A stretch of DNA of 64,000 nt from Takakia lepidozioides (lineage: Eukaryota; Plantae; Bryophyta), in contig CM060731.1 in the NCBI GenBank assembly GCA_030704615.1, positions 40,672,001 to 40,736,000 of the forward strand, read 5' to 3'. The notes under the pieces were generated by a model. The model saw only the letters and a program-made list of their open reading frames with translations, was not told the DNA's origin and did not search any database. Positions 37,893 through 51,675 of the stretch are shown here, piece after piece (within the stretch, counting starts at the first letter, position 1; each line of letters opens with the position of its first letter). Position numbers and translations under genes: made by a program.

Positions 37893-40800
37893 CATCGGTA
37901 GATGGACAAGTGTGTGACTTGACCTTTGCACATTTTGGAGTCCCTGGTGATCGCATGTGATCACTATTAGAGTTTCAGCTAACTCAATAACGTTAATTAG
38001 AAAGGCTTAGAAGTGGGCAACAGTTCAAAGTAGATTTGTTTCTACCATGGAGGGGAGCTGTGGAGTATGCAGCCCTCGTGAGATAGAGGAGGTTGTCATC
38101 TCCATTTATCAGAGGGTACATAGTATGTGGTAGTGTGTTAGAAACTCTTCAACACATGCACTCTTCCTGTGAGTCCCATTATTCATGGTAAAAGCCATAC
38201 AGTACCTTACGATTCTTCATTCTGTATATTATCTGTGCGCCATTTTGTATAAATGACAAGGTTGAGAACTGTAGATGCTCGTGTCATGTTATGCTCAAGA
38301 CTCGTCGTTGTGTTCTTATCCCTTAGTTCTGTGTAATGTTTGTGGTACTTTGTATGATAATTCTTAAAGCTGAACTCTATGCATTCATTTACTGGTATGT
38401 CCAAACGCTGTCATGGTCAGCATGGATCTATCTCGCAAGCAGCTAACTCCGGCTTGACACAGAAAGAGGTATTGAACAGACAAAATGTACCCTTGATGTA
38501 TACAATTGAAGAGGCAAGCACAAGAGCAAGGGAGAAGATGAAGCGCTGGAGTAGTCACAGAATATGGAGTCATGGATTATAGCAAGGAAGATGGATATTG
38601 CAGAGGATACTAGAGGTTAAATATGGGTGAAGAAGAGGCAGTGGAGTTCCTCAAGGAGTCCACCGCAGTATGACGTAAGAGAAAGCTGTGCTCATCATGT
38701 AGTGGGCCCACACAGCCAGCGCTGCTTTTTTCCTGCTGCCACCCCCATTACTCTCCCCGACTGTATTTCTTCTCTCCCTGCGCCCTGCGCTCTCTACGCT
38801 TGTACTTCACCCTAACTGAGACTTCACCGGACAGGAAAGGGGAAGATGCCTGGACTCTAGCAGCTCTGCCCTAACGGTATGTCTGCAGACAAACGCATTC
38901 CCTTTCTCTCGACGTCACCGTTTCGTATGCTTACTTCGATTTGCACACCAGACAGGTGGATTTTGTCTCTGCGAACTGAACTTGCTCTCTCTCTCAAGCT
39001 CTACCTATTGATACTAGGTAAGAGTTCTAAAATATTCTACAAAATCTGGCAAGGCCTAGCAGACTGTGGCCACCGCTCCCCTACCCGGTATCCATCCATT
39101 ACATTGGGAGTAGCTGAGGAAGCATCATGGAGTCAGTCCATCATACTTGGTTTTCTCTCCTCCTTTCCTTTCCTGGATATATCCAACTCGCAAGTCATCC
39201 ATGGGTGGGTCTCGTTATAAATGGTAGCTCCTCTCCCTGCAGGAAGTTTGTACGTTTGTACATGCTCATAAGTTGACGTGTGGCTCGCCATGCAGAAAGC
39301 TGCGGGGTTTCGTTTGGGCCAATCGCAGCTACGACAAATCGCAGATTTTGATTACTCACTTTTATTAGAAAGCAAAGCACTGCAGGCCTGCTGCCTCTGC
39401 CAACGATGGAAACACATGGGTCAATGGACAAGTTTTATGGTCTTTGATGCGCCTTCTTCTCCCACAAGACTGCTCAGCTCTGCACTGCCCGCATAATAAC
39501 ACATGGTGGCTAAGGAGCTCAGTCCCTGCTTCCTCTCTTCCCTTGCTCCGCTCTGCCAGGTATCCATCCTCCAACTAAACCCATCACCACACCCAACTTG
39601 GATGATGACGGGTGCAGTCAGCTGCCCACATCAGTCTTGCACCTAATTTTTTTGTTATTACCTAGTCCATGTTTAGACCTGAGACCACACATTGTCCTAA
39701 CCCGGCTTTTGTCAACAGTCTTCCATACCTTTGAACATGGAGACTAAAACTCTTTCCCACCAAAAAAAGACGAAGCCCACAAGTGGAAACATTTGCACAG
39801 AAACTCACAGCAGATTGGTGAGTGAAAAGTGCAGGACAATAAAGGCAGGACCTGCTGTGCACGGCACAGTATCGGGGGTGGGGATTTTGGGACGATTGTG
39901 GCGGCCCTCCCCCGCCCGACGGATTCCAGGGTCTGCTCTGCTCTGCCTCCTCTTGTGCTGCGCCAGATTCTCCCTTTCATTCAAGTCCTGACAGAGCAGG
40001 TGGTCGACGGCGATCTTTCTACTGTCCCTATACTGTAGGCCGTTGTAACGTGCAGCGTATTTATACATACAGGGACGAGGCAGGTGGGTACTGTAGCTGT
40101 TTGGAGTAACTTATAGGGATGGATCATTGTGTGTTCTCTACGTCCATTGGAAGCTGGATTCCGGCATTCCTCGAGAAGAATAGATTCTCTCCTCCTGTTG
40201 GGAGAGACGATTCTTCCTTGATCGACACCCACCGACATTATTACAACCTAGAGAGGAGGGGGAATATAGGTCGACATTCGGGAGCACAGCACATGAAATG
40301 AAATCTAGTAACATCCTGCTGGCAAGGCACGTATACGATCGAACTATGCTGCCTGTTCGATCCACAAAACTGATTCATATCTCCTAGGAGGTTTTAGAAA
40401 TCTACTGGAATCCTTGTTCATAAAATGTAATGGGATGCAAGATGAAACAGATTATACACAGATTATGCGTAGAGAAATCATGAAAGAGGGGAGCTCTAAC
40501 TGTATCGCAGTTAGAGGCTCAGTCAAGGACTCACACGTGCGTACGTGCAGTTGGCAGAGTACTTGGGATGACACAAGTGTAGAATTTACATATGGGGGAG
40601 CGTCTGGCTATCGATCTGGAATGATCCACTGGTGTGGTTTTGGCTGAGTATTTTTCTTGGGGTTTGAATCGTTTGATGTAGGTAGAAGTGTAGAGGTGGT
40701 GAGTAATACGGGAGTGTCACTGTAAGTAGAAGGTGCGAGAGAGGTTGCCATGTTGTATTGTTAGCGTTGGCAATGATTTTTGAGCGATCATTGTTTGTCC

Positions 40801-43800
40801 ACTTGTGGTGGCCGGCATGATGAGCAGGCAAATTTAGGGCGCTCATCAAGGCACCTACCAGCCCCCAAGTGCAATATTATTGTGGGCGGTTATGGCGCAA
40901 GATCCGTGTGAGGGGGACTAGTGTAAGTAAGCTTCAAAGACTCAGAGTGGAAAATGAAACCCATGAGGAGAATCAGAAGGAAAAATTAGCCATTGGGAGT
41001 TGATTGATTGATCCAAAGGGGGTTGGCCAAGCTTGGAAGAGACTGCAGGTGCAGAGGGGAGGGGTACTTTTTAGTATTAATTTGGGAAGGACTGCAGGAG
41101 TAGAAAGGGACGTTTGACATATCCAGCAGCATGATGAGTGTGAGAGCTTTGGTGATTGGAGCCAATGGTGGGCCCCACATCATTTTACTCTCCTACTGCT
41201 TTTGTCTTCCGTGGCCTGCCTCAAAGTCACAACAAGGCCAGCCATCGCCCAAGGGTCCTTGCGTTCTAGGTGGGTTCAGATTTGACTTGCAATGTTGATA
41301 GGCTGGGAGACCAAGAATGCAGGACGCTCAGAGACGGGGTACAACTGCTGCACCTGCATGCAAGCACAAGCCAGGCAAGCCTAGTCCCATCCTTGCAGCC
41401 TGTGAGCCCTGCTGCATCCCTTCACCCTCCATGCCTGTGTGCGCTTGCCCTATCCCCTAAACCTGGACTAGGACTGGACTGCGGCGGCGCCATTGTGTAA
41501 AGGGCTCCAGCCAGCCTGAGCTTGCTAGCTAATATGGCAGGAAGGTCACATTGGAGTTAATGGCGATGGTGACCTTTCTGGAGCTGCTCTGTAGCCACGC
41601 CACTTGAGTTTGAATATCAAACAAGAGGACTCCAGTGTTTCTGCGGAGCCATTGAAAGCTAGAGTGGGTGGGAGCGTGGGAGACGGCCAGTACCAATCCC
41701 TTCCGCCTTCCCTCAAGCGTGTCTCTGCCATCTTAGTACCACTACATATTGCCAGCAACGCCACTAACTTTTCCACATGACTAGCTTTTCAGCCCACCCC
41801 CCTTGAGCAAATTGCAACCCGACAATGAAGACTAGAATCAGAATCACTTGGAGGTGGAGCCCATACGGACCTGGCAAGCATTGTTTCAACTCTACTCCAA
41901 CCCACGTCTGCATATGGCTTGCAGTGAGTTCTACTCACTCCAAACTCCAAACATTCCAGAAGTTACTCAGACATGCAGTTGATCAAGGTACAACATTAGA
42001 AAGCAAAACATACAGGGTCCCAATGTAGCCTATAATATAGCTTCCAAATAGAGCCATGAGATCATTGGTTGGAAGGCCTACTACTAAGCAAATTGCAAAG
42101 GCAATAGAATACATCATTAGTTGACCTAATTTAGGATTGGAGAGCATCCAGTGTCAGGGATCTTCCTGTCTGACAGATACCATGTTTTCATCACAACAGT
42201 GATTTGTGTTGGAGTTTTATTATGTCCATCCCTTTGTCCTTTCCTTTCCTTTCCTTTCATGTGTAGGTGTATCAAGTCGGCTATGACTGCTGTGGGCCCA
42301 TATAGTGCCTCAAACGCCAAGAATGCATTCCAAATGGTGGTATTGAATACGACATATATTTAGTTCACTTCCATGAACTCCTTTTATGAGCCATGAATAG
42401 CTAAGAGCCCATGACTATCTCAACACCGAGCAACAGTAGAAGTAAGTGACGAGGACGAGACGTGCGAGTCGAGTAGAGTGACTCGCAAAAACGCGTCCAT
42501 GTGTTGCGCGCTGACACTTTATTTTGGGTTATGAGATGCGGGGCTTTAAGCATTCCTTACGTGTAGAACAAAATCATCGAGACCTACCTTGGATTCTCAA
42601 GTCACTCACTCTAACTGTGAACTGGCATGTTATATTTGGCTTGTAGATGAGGAGCTTCAGCACATTTCTGCACTTAGTTCCTCCACCGTCGTAGGAAACT
42701 GAACGCCGAATCAGCTCAGATCGAACCTATGCAATTGAAGATCTCGAGGATGAGGATCTATATGGGTGCCAGTGCCGATGAACCATCTCTAGGGCCTATC
42801 TATCCCTCGCCGAGCACTCCTCCTTCGGATCCATGTCTGTATCTTCCGACGTTGGTCCATTACAATGCCATCTTAATAAAAAACCATGTACTTATCCCAT
42901 ACCATGTCATTGTTGGAATTTGCGTTGAATAAAAATGTGTTTTCAGACCGCAGGGTATTCTCCAAAGTTTGATGTTGCACATGGTCTCTCATTATAGACA
43001 TGAAATGAATGAAGCTGACGATGTGAGGCAGGTCTTTACCGGAAGCATCTCTCAACCCAACTGTGGTCAGTTGGGGATCCCATGAGATCTCCAATTGCAG
43101 CATGTCTGTGTTTTGATCAGATGGAGCTTATTAGATGGTGATCCGGACCATCTGTGCACCATTTTTAGCTCCATCAGTTTCTTAGGGGAATATGGACATG
43201 CATCTGCGCATGTCCATAATAGGCTTTGCAATTCATTGTTTCATTGGGTAAATGCTCCCCTCACTGCTTACAAGTTATTGCTTCATACACAAGGTTTGGA
43301 GGGGGATGATGTTTAGCTGATGATATGGGGCTTTCCTAAGCTGGGCATTTTGTTGTATGTTAAAATAAGAGACAGAGCCCCCTGGTCAGATTGATGTTTG
43401 AAAGTGTTGTAGAACCGACTTGGTAAGTGGATGGACAGACATGGACAGGGTCTGGAATTTGTGTGAGGAAGGGTATGGGTCCAACAGTCGAAGGAGGAAG
43501 CTTGGTGGTGGGCAGTTTGAAGGCGGGTGAAGTGCAACAGGCTAGCTGGACTGGAGACAGTGCAGGCACCGAAGAAAAGTTGGTAGTCAAGATTAGCGGA
43601 GAGGGAGATAGAAGAAGCGCAAGGCATTGATCGAGCAGCAATCGGATCCTAGCTGACACCAAATACCGTAAGATAGCAGCGATTTGTGCGAACAGGTGAC
43701 TGCTATATATCTCACGCAGCCGCCCAGACTTCCCATGCATGCCAGCCCTGTGATTACAACTTCCTCCCTACCCTTCTTTGATCCCAGCTGCTGCTGCTGT

Positions 43801-46067
43801 TCGCGCCGGCAGAGGGGTCACTGAAATCATCATTCTCTCACAGAAATGTTATGATGATGACCTTCACAGCCAGGGGTCCCCGGGGACATAGTCCAAGCAC
43901 ATGATTCTGATGAGCTGCAGCTGCCAAAAGTCCTTTGGTCCGGCCATGGATCCTGGCGGGTACGACACCGCTATCGTGGCAGGCCCCCTGCCCCCTTCGA
44001 CCATCTCCAGTCAACTGCAGTGAATGCCTGCACTGCACTGCTCTGGTGGTAACGCATTTCACACGTGCCAATTCTCCGTCTCTTTCTTTTTTGCTGTACC
44101 TCATCACTCATCTGTCCTTTACTCCTCGGTTCCAGTGCTCTGAAAGAACAATCAGACTGGCAAGTGAAACAAATTAAGCTCCGGGCTGCAAGGTCCTCTT
44201 GAAAGCTCAGCGCATACCACTTCATACCATTTCACAGCTTCTATATCATACGGGGGACCTGTGGGCAGACTATAATACTGTGCACAACATACATAATGAG
44301 TGAGGAGAAGTACTTACGCATATAAAGTTGTGATATAAGAAAGATGAGCTCCCTTGTAAAGGCCTAGATTCATCACCCCCTGTCACCAATGCGCTTCCCT
44401 TCAGATGGTATTCATGTATTAACTGTCAACATGATTGTTGTATTCTGTACAGTCCGTGGATGGCTCTGCGCCTACCTAATGGCAAGTGCATTGGCGTGGC
44501 ATGTACAAATACCAGGTGGTGTGCTTCTTCACACAGGCTCCCCCTTTGTCTTCTCTGGAGGATGTGTTATTCTGGGGATCACATGTTCCCAGACTAACCA
44601 GACTCTTCCTAAGTTGGGCCTCTGCACAATCTGCATGCTTCACCAGTGCTAGTGATCTTACTAGTGGAAGGCTCCATTTGCTATAAATAGGAAAGAAACC
44701 TATGGAAAGGGGAACTCCATTATGCCTCAAATTGCTGAGAGGTTCACACATTCCCGTGCATTGGCTTCTGACCTCCCCATCATGAATCTACACTGCAGCC
44801 TAGGGATACTGTTGATGTGGGATGGGCAATTCAAAATTGATACCCATAGTTACATAAGCTTCCCACCTTCATGCACTTGCTCAAATTTGCAAGACTTGGA
44901 TTACCTACTGTTTTATTTATGATGGTATAAACTGTTTTGTCAAGTAGAGACTGCTACCCCACCTCCATTCTCCAATCATTTCCAAAGAGAGCAAACATCT
45001 CGAAATAGGTGACCCTCAGCAACACAACACCAACTGCTTCAATATCTTTGGAATTCAGTGCAATTTTATGTCACACTTTGTACATGCCCTGCTGTGAATT
45101 GGGTAACTACTAGTCACTCTCAAAGATCCCAGTTGAACAATTTGCCACCTATTCCTTGAGGCCAGGGCTAAAAGGAAACAACTCCACCTGAATATTGATG
45201 TAAGGGAGGTGCGTTGCATCCTAGATGTCAACAGTTGATACAGTGATTCAGGCAGAAAGTGAGATACTACAAGTGACACCTTTTCAACAGCCTTCATTTT
45301 CACTTTAAACTTAATACAGGTAGCATACTGCAACACCATGAATGCATTTCCCTGACCATAATGCCAGCAATTCATGCAAATTGTCAAATAATATTGCAGA
45401 AGCTTCAGGTGTTGCGAGAACTACTGTCCTCCAATGTAAGGGCCTCCAAGGGATGTTTGTGGTTTAGGTTTCCAACCATAACTCATTCCCTACACAAGTG
45501 CAAACTAGCCTATGGAGCATTTTCATAGACATGAAAGCCTGCACCTCAAATGCAAACAAGCAGTTGCAGGTAAGGTAACCATCATCAACTGATCAGAACA
45601 AAAGGGCCTCCGTTTCAACACTGATATGCTACAATGGTGAAAGGCTTGTTGTTAGCTGGATTACCTTGTGAGTGAACTTGATTCTTGCATTCCATATGTG
45701 CTACAAACAGCTTGTGAGTAAAACATCATTCCGAGACAAAATGTCAACCCAGCACCTCAACCAAAAAAGGTCATAGCATTCAAAGACTCCACATCAAGTA
45801 AATAGAAATGCCTCATTCATTTGGTCATTTTCCTTGCCGCACCCCGTTAGTGGCTCCACAACCCCAGGTAGCCATTTGAATCGATGTCTTGTCATATGAT
45901 TTTTCAAACCCCAGTTTGACGAATTCAAGCAGTCACATTTCTAGCGGCAACATCTAACTTGCAAACAACCCACTTCACTGTATCAGAGAATGAATGCTAG
46001 CCTCACCATCATGCTTGAAACTCTTCACATCAAGCAAAAAGAAATGCAGAATTCGTTCAGTCCTATT

Positions 46068-46149
46068 GGCTCTGCAAAAGCAGTCACGTTTCCGAAGGCA
46101 GCATCTCAGTTGCAGCTGCTTTCGGAAACGTGACTACTTTGTCAGAGCC
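46068..46149. repeat. Near-perfect 82-bp hairpin (MITE-like or small-RNA precursor-like)
   Basis: 35-bp arms GGCTCTGCAAAAGCAGTCACGTTTCCGAAGGCAGC and GCTGCTTTCGGAAACGTGACTACTTTGTCAGAGCC with a 12-nt loop. Confidence 0.85.
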
Positions 46150-49100
46150 TTATTGCAGTAACAAAAAAAGACCAAATAAAGTAATCCGTAAAGTCTTCCT
46201 TAGTTTGGGCCCCACTTTGGACCTGTAACTCGTGTTTCATCCCCAGTTTGAGTGCAGACACAAACTCAGCCAAACACGGTATGAGTTTGCTCAAACGCGG
46301 TACAAGTCCTGCTACTTGACACGATCTGATCCCCTAAAAGTATAAGAAGTAGGGAAGGTTCTTCTCTCAGCCCACGGTCAGCACATGGTCACCTCGTCAA
46401 AACCCAAACTGGGTATGAAACCGAGTTTTGGTGAATAAACTAGGTTCGTCCTGTGTCTTTCCCCTTTGTATTAGTTTGATCCCAAGTTTTGTGACTCGTC
46501 TCCTATTTTGGCCAAACCTCACCCCCAGTTTGTGGTACTTTATGGGTAACTTTAATGAATGCTGCATTTCTTTTTGCTAATGTGAAAAGTCTCAAATATG
46601 ATGGGGAGGCTAACATTCACTCACCGTCATGCTGCACAAACCCACCCAACTCCATCAAACTACTGTTTGAGCCTACTCTTACTTTAAACTTCAGCCTAAT
46701 TCACACCTGCGAAAAAACTCCACCATCTCTGCAAAAAGCACTTTTTAGTGAATCTCCTTTTTTGCAGCTGATGCAACTCAACTCTTACAAATACAGTTTA
46801 ACAAAGATTTTGCAAGGGAACTCTGCAGCTATAATTTGCGAGAAGGCCAACAAGAACAACAGTAATTGACACCAAATTACAGTGGGAGGGTTCTGATACT
46901 TATTATGAAAGGAGAGCTATTCCACCCAAAACACACACCTTGCCTCTGCTCCTTTCCAGTGTTGCAGAGCATTTACAGCTCGCTTCCTGACAGGCAAAAT
47001 TGTCAAAAAAATTCTCAACAGTAATGTACCATGCAAACTTCAGCTTTTGTGGTGACAGGAGTGCAGTCAGAAAGCTTGGACAGTTAAGTCAAACGAGCGT
47101 CCTGGTTAGTGCAGAATATCCGGATGGAACAAGGAATCAAGAAACAATTCACAGCAAGTCTTTTAGATGACAATGCCTTCCAGGTTGGACTAGTTAAAAG
47201 TGTGAGACTGCTCGATTGTGTAAATAGGTTTTTTGGGTGACTCAAACAAATGACTCTTGGGTGTGGGTAGAACAGAGGTACCTGGAAGGGAGAAGCGGCA
47301 AGTTGTATGTCGATTCCCTCTGTCGAAATTTCCCCGCAAGGCACCGTAGATTGCGTTCCCCATGCCCAAGAATCCCATCATCGTCCAACATCAAGTTTAC
47401 TTCTCCAAGCAAGTTTTGTTACAGACTAAGTCAAAGAGATGCACGACCGAAGTCTTCAAGAGTAAATATAGAAGGCATACAGATGAAGGAGGTCGCCCAT
47501 CTAGAACAAGTCCTGATGTAGATGAGCTCACGTCGATTTCGTCAAAACGGACTAAATCGTCGCTTGGTGGCAGTATGAGTCTGAAAATGTGTTCGATAAC
47601 ACAACGCATCAAGTACACCCGCTACACCGCACCTGATTGCAAGCAAAGAAACCACATCACAACATCAGGGTTTCCCCACCCAGATGAGGTAAGGACTAAG
47701 GACCACTCACCATGAAAGAAGACGGCCCTTGCGCCTTGTACCACCCTCGGGAATACAGCACGCAGTAATATCGCATATGTGGCAATCGTTCCACAGGATG
47801 GTTAGATGAGCTATTTGTGGAAGGATTGCGGCACACAGGATTTTCTGGGTGCTGTATGTTCGACTCAGTTCAAAAGCAGTACGTGGTGCCAAATACAGTG
47901 CCATAGTTTGGAATGATCTGCAGTGCAAACAGCTTGTGGAATGATGCAGCAGATTATTGAAAGCTCGTAAAACCCGTGCACAGCTCTGAGGAGAGCACCT
48001 AATCAAATGCAGTGGTTGCAACAAATGTAAACCCACGAAACACAGCATCATGACAGCTAATACCAAAATTGCGGTACCTCCTGCAGCGCCAACTTCCTTC
48101 TCCTGTGCTTACTCTAGTTAAACGAATAACCATAACCAACCGGTCGAAGGTATCACGAAAGATACGTTCTGTGACAGAGCAATGAAGACCCAAAAGCAAG
48201 AAAACAATCAGAAAGAGAACACACTAAAACACTTGCTTCTACTACGTCATAGCTTCATACCCAAATCGATCCGATGCTGTTTGCAGAGTGGAAACTCCTC
48301 TTTCCCAGCGAACTGCGCGCCACAGCGATGCAGTCGGAGGATGAATCCTCTTTGGTGTGTGACGTTAGTATCTGGGTCGTTGGGTAGATGGATGAATAGT
48401 TCACGATCTTGTGGTATCTCCAAAACCCTATGCCTCCTTCCCTTTTTGATTATACGGAGTGGGGGTGATGGTGGATATGAATTCACAGTTTGCATACACA
48501 ATCAGTCGAACAGCGGAAGGATATTGGCAAAGTTCTATGATACTTGGATGCAGATGATACTTTTATTGCGTATGCTTTCTCATAATGCCTTCCCAGCCAT
48601 CAATACAAGGGCAAAGGTCACAATGCTGATTCCCTGCAGGATGTTGCAATGGTCTCAGCTCCAGGGGTGCTACGATACTTGGCTTTACGCCCACAGCCTG
48701 TCTTCAGCTGATAATTGGCTGTCCCGGGAAGTACATGTGTTCCCTGGCCTTTGTTCTAATTAACCAATCTCTTTGAAAGGTTCGCTTGTTCATGGACTTG
48801 TTTCTGCAATTTGTATCATGGATTAGCAGGCATGTCCTATGTGATGTAATCGACTGTACCTTGTGATGATGATTCTACAAGGATCAAAATCAGAGTATAG
48901 AATAAATGAGAATTGTCGCCTTTACAAGTCTGGTACTTTCCTTTTGCAGAACTTACCAGTATTTGCGTAGCTAAAACCATGAGGGTGGTTTCATGGCCAC
49001 TGTGAAAATGGCTTTGTGACACTTTGGCTAACCATAATAGGGTTTTGAAGTCTGTTTGATTAAGCTACTTCCCATCTGGTATTTTTGCGATCCTGTTGGA

Positions 49101-49804
49101 TCTCACATGCTCTCCTGGTTTAGTTGGTGCTTATCATGTGGGTGTGAAGGCAGAAATCATATACATCGTGGTGGCAACTTTGGGGAGTTCTGACATGGGA
49201 CAGTATGCTTAGCTGATGTCCTATGCAAAAGCAAAGTTATTGCTGACTCTTACTTCGACATGCTGAATACTTGATTTTTTCGATCATGGTTTTGGCTGAT
49301 AATATGTAACTGGTAGGTTGTGAAGAGAAATGGGGATCCCGGGGTCCTCACAGAACGTTTTGCATTTCATCACGATCCAGGTGAGTCCTCCATGCCTGTG
49401 TGCCTGATTGACCTGTTTGGGTCAGAGAAGATAAGGGTGAAGGGAGATGCTCCATCAGGTTGAAACCTGCCTGAAGAAAATAATTTTTAGCCAGTTCTAA
49501 ATGTATCTTCACTGTAGAGCCTGTATCTGAGACTAAGTTATCCTTGTCGTCCGGCTTAGTGATTTAGTGTCATAAATTGGAGTTGAAAGAGAATGAACTC
49601 ATAAGACGTTGTTTGCCGTAGCCTTGTGGCCATTGATCCCGCACCCAGTCTGAGTGGAACACAAAGGGACAGAACCTACCTCTGTCAGGGGCTGACGTCG
49701 GTAGTAAGAATTACCTTGATATGAAACATTGATCTGGGTTTTCCAGATATCGCCTTGAGACTTTCAAAGTTGGTAAACAGAGGTACAGGCACAATTCCCT
49801 TGAT

Positions 49805-50023
49805 CTACTTGAGGAGAGCGTCTCTCTGGTGAGAGAACCCCGGAGAGTGAATCAGGAAATGAATATTGTCTTCGGGTTGCCCGCACAACGGGCAATTGCA
49901 CTCTCCCTTTCCTCTCTGCTTCTGTTTGCTGTTCAAAGGTAGGCTTCCTGCCCTGAGTTTAAATTTCAGTCTGGTGCCGAGAGTGGGTAGACCCTTGAGG
50001 TCATCTATGATGTCCTCCTCCAT
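49805..50023 (-). mobile_element. LINE ORF2 C-terminal zinc-knuckle remnant
   Basis: KFKLRAGSLPL..CPLCGQPEDNIHFLIHSPGF..RDAL. Confidence 0.65.
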
Positions 50024-50177
50024 GTCACAGACCGGAGGAGTTCAAAGAGAGAGAGAGAAGACAGCTGGTGTAACTAAGAGCCACTTCACCTGATTGTAAC
50101 AGTCAATCTTCCCATTGATGCTAGTGTTCAAACAATGCAAAAGTCTTATCTAATCTTGGCCACATGGCAGTTCGCAT

Positions 50178-50372
50178 AGGCAACATAGGGGAATCACCAA
50201 AAGGTTGCCTTGTGTTCTCATACACTCTGCAGACAGAAGATGGGTGTGCCGTGCCATTTCTATTATCTCTCATGGCAGGTTTGGGAGGCAACATATGGGA
50301 ATCACCAAAAGGTTGCCTCATGTTCTCATACACTCTGCAGATGGAAGATGGGTGTACCGGGCCATTTCTATA
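50178..50372. repeat. ~108-bp tandem duplication
   Basis: GGCAACATA(G/T)GGGAATCACCAAAAGGTTGCCT..TCTCATACACTCTGCAGA..GAAGATGGGTGT occurs twice. Confidence 0.9.
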
Positions 50373-51159
50373 ACCTCCCCTACTTGAACATGCCTCCATA
50401 TTGCTGACTTGTTTTGAGTCATGATTTAAAAGTTCAATGTCACATGGTGAACTTGTATCACTGTGCTCAGCTTTTAAATAGGGGAAGTCTGCAATGTGAA
50501 GGAAGATGCTTAGGTCGTGATGCCATCAGCCATTTGTAGATTCATGGAGAAGTGGATTGAATTCATAGCTTGCCCTTTTAGGAGGGGTGATAATCATAAG
50601 AGAGGTTAACTCTTTAGAGTGAGAAAAATCCACTCACAGAGCTTCTTTGCCGAAAAGAGAGAAAATACACCCATTGACTGTTCCATGTGAAGTTCGGGTA
50701 TGATTTACCCTCAAGCGCATGGGAGTAAACAGTCGGGAGCTTTTTGGGTCTCGAACATTCATTTATTGTTTACCAGGCTATGAGAACCCGAAATTGCCAT
50801 AGTTTGGACGACAATTCAGTGCCAGGGAATGAAGTGTTTATGTATCTGTTGGCATTGATATCATCCTAACATAACGGGGCGATGATTCCAATACCCATCT
50901 AGTCAGAAACAGATGTGGGAAATGTGGTTGTGGTTGCATTGCCAGTCATATTGCACACTGTTAAAGAGGAAGATGAAAGACAGAGACGTAGTTGTACAAC
51001 ATAGACTTTGCCATGTTTTTTTTTCTTGTGGTTTGGAAGGAGGAGAGTAGAGGTGGGGGTGTCCAAAGGAGAGTAGGATAGGTTCATAGTGGGGACATAA
51101 GTGCGCTCGAGATTTTCTCAATAATAGCATCACTAGCATACAGGTTGCCCATAAACGCA

Positions 51160-51675
51160 CCATTGCCTAGCACCCCTTCCCCAAACCTCACCGTACGCTT
51201 TATTGAATTCACGTATTGTAATGACCGCTACCCCTGCTCTTCCACACTAGAAAAACGTCAAAAATATGCCTCGCTCATCCTCGCCATCCGTCGACGTGGT
51301 TGGTCCACCGACTCCCTAACCGTTATTACGGCCAGCACCAGAGGTGGTATCCACAATGCTAGTATCTCTGTTCTTCGCAAAAACTTCAAAATCTTTTTTT
51401 CCCCATACACAAATGCTTCAAAGCAATCCACTTGACGGCGCTACGCTCCCTCACTGCTATTATTGCCAACAAAAGGTGGCTTGAATCCAAATATTTCCTC
51501 GGCCTTTTGATACCCCGATACCCCGGCTATCCCCGGGTACTTGCTCCCTTAGTTACTGGATGGCCTCCGGTCATCCTCTAGTTTTCATAAGGCCTACCCC
51601 TGAAAGGAGCAGTAGCCGCAAGGCGAAGTGCTCTTAATTACGCCGGCCTCGGCCATCGTCATATCTCTCTCTTTG
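51160..51675 (+). mobile_element. 3' fragment of a non-LTR retrotransposon with a restriction-like endonuclease C-terminus and putative 3' UTR
   Basis: VRFIEFTYCNDRYP..EKRQKYASL..RGW..ITASTRGGIH fits the E..K..KY..L..G pattern of RLE domains. Confidence 0.55.

Noticed and set aside
38000-45000. Many 60-125 aa ORFs and possible conserved miRNA loci
   Set aside because: No recognisable domains or consistent exon chain, and no conserved plant miRNA seen by eye. Treated as intergenic or regulatory.
47080-49400. Exon-like segments with splice signals on both strands
   Set aside because: Could not assemble a frame or recognise a product.
51600-51640. Hammerhead ribozyme or rRNA fragment
   Set aside because: Lacks the CUGANGA/GAAA core. 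Similarity to SSU rRNA helix 27 is limited to the loop-E plus GCAA motif.
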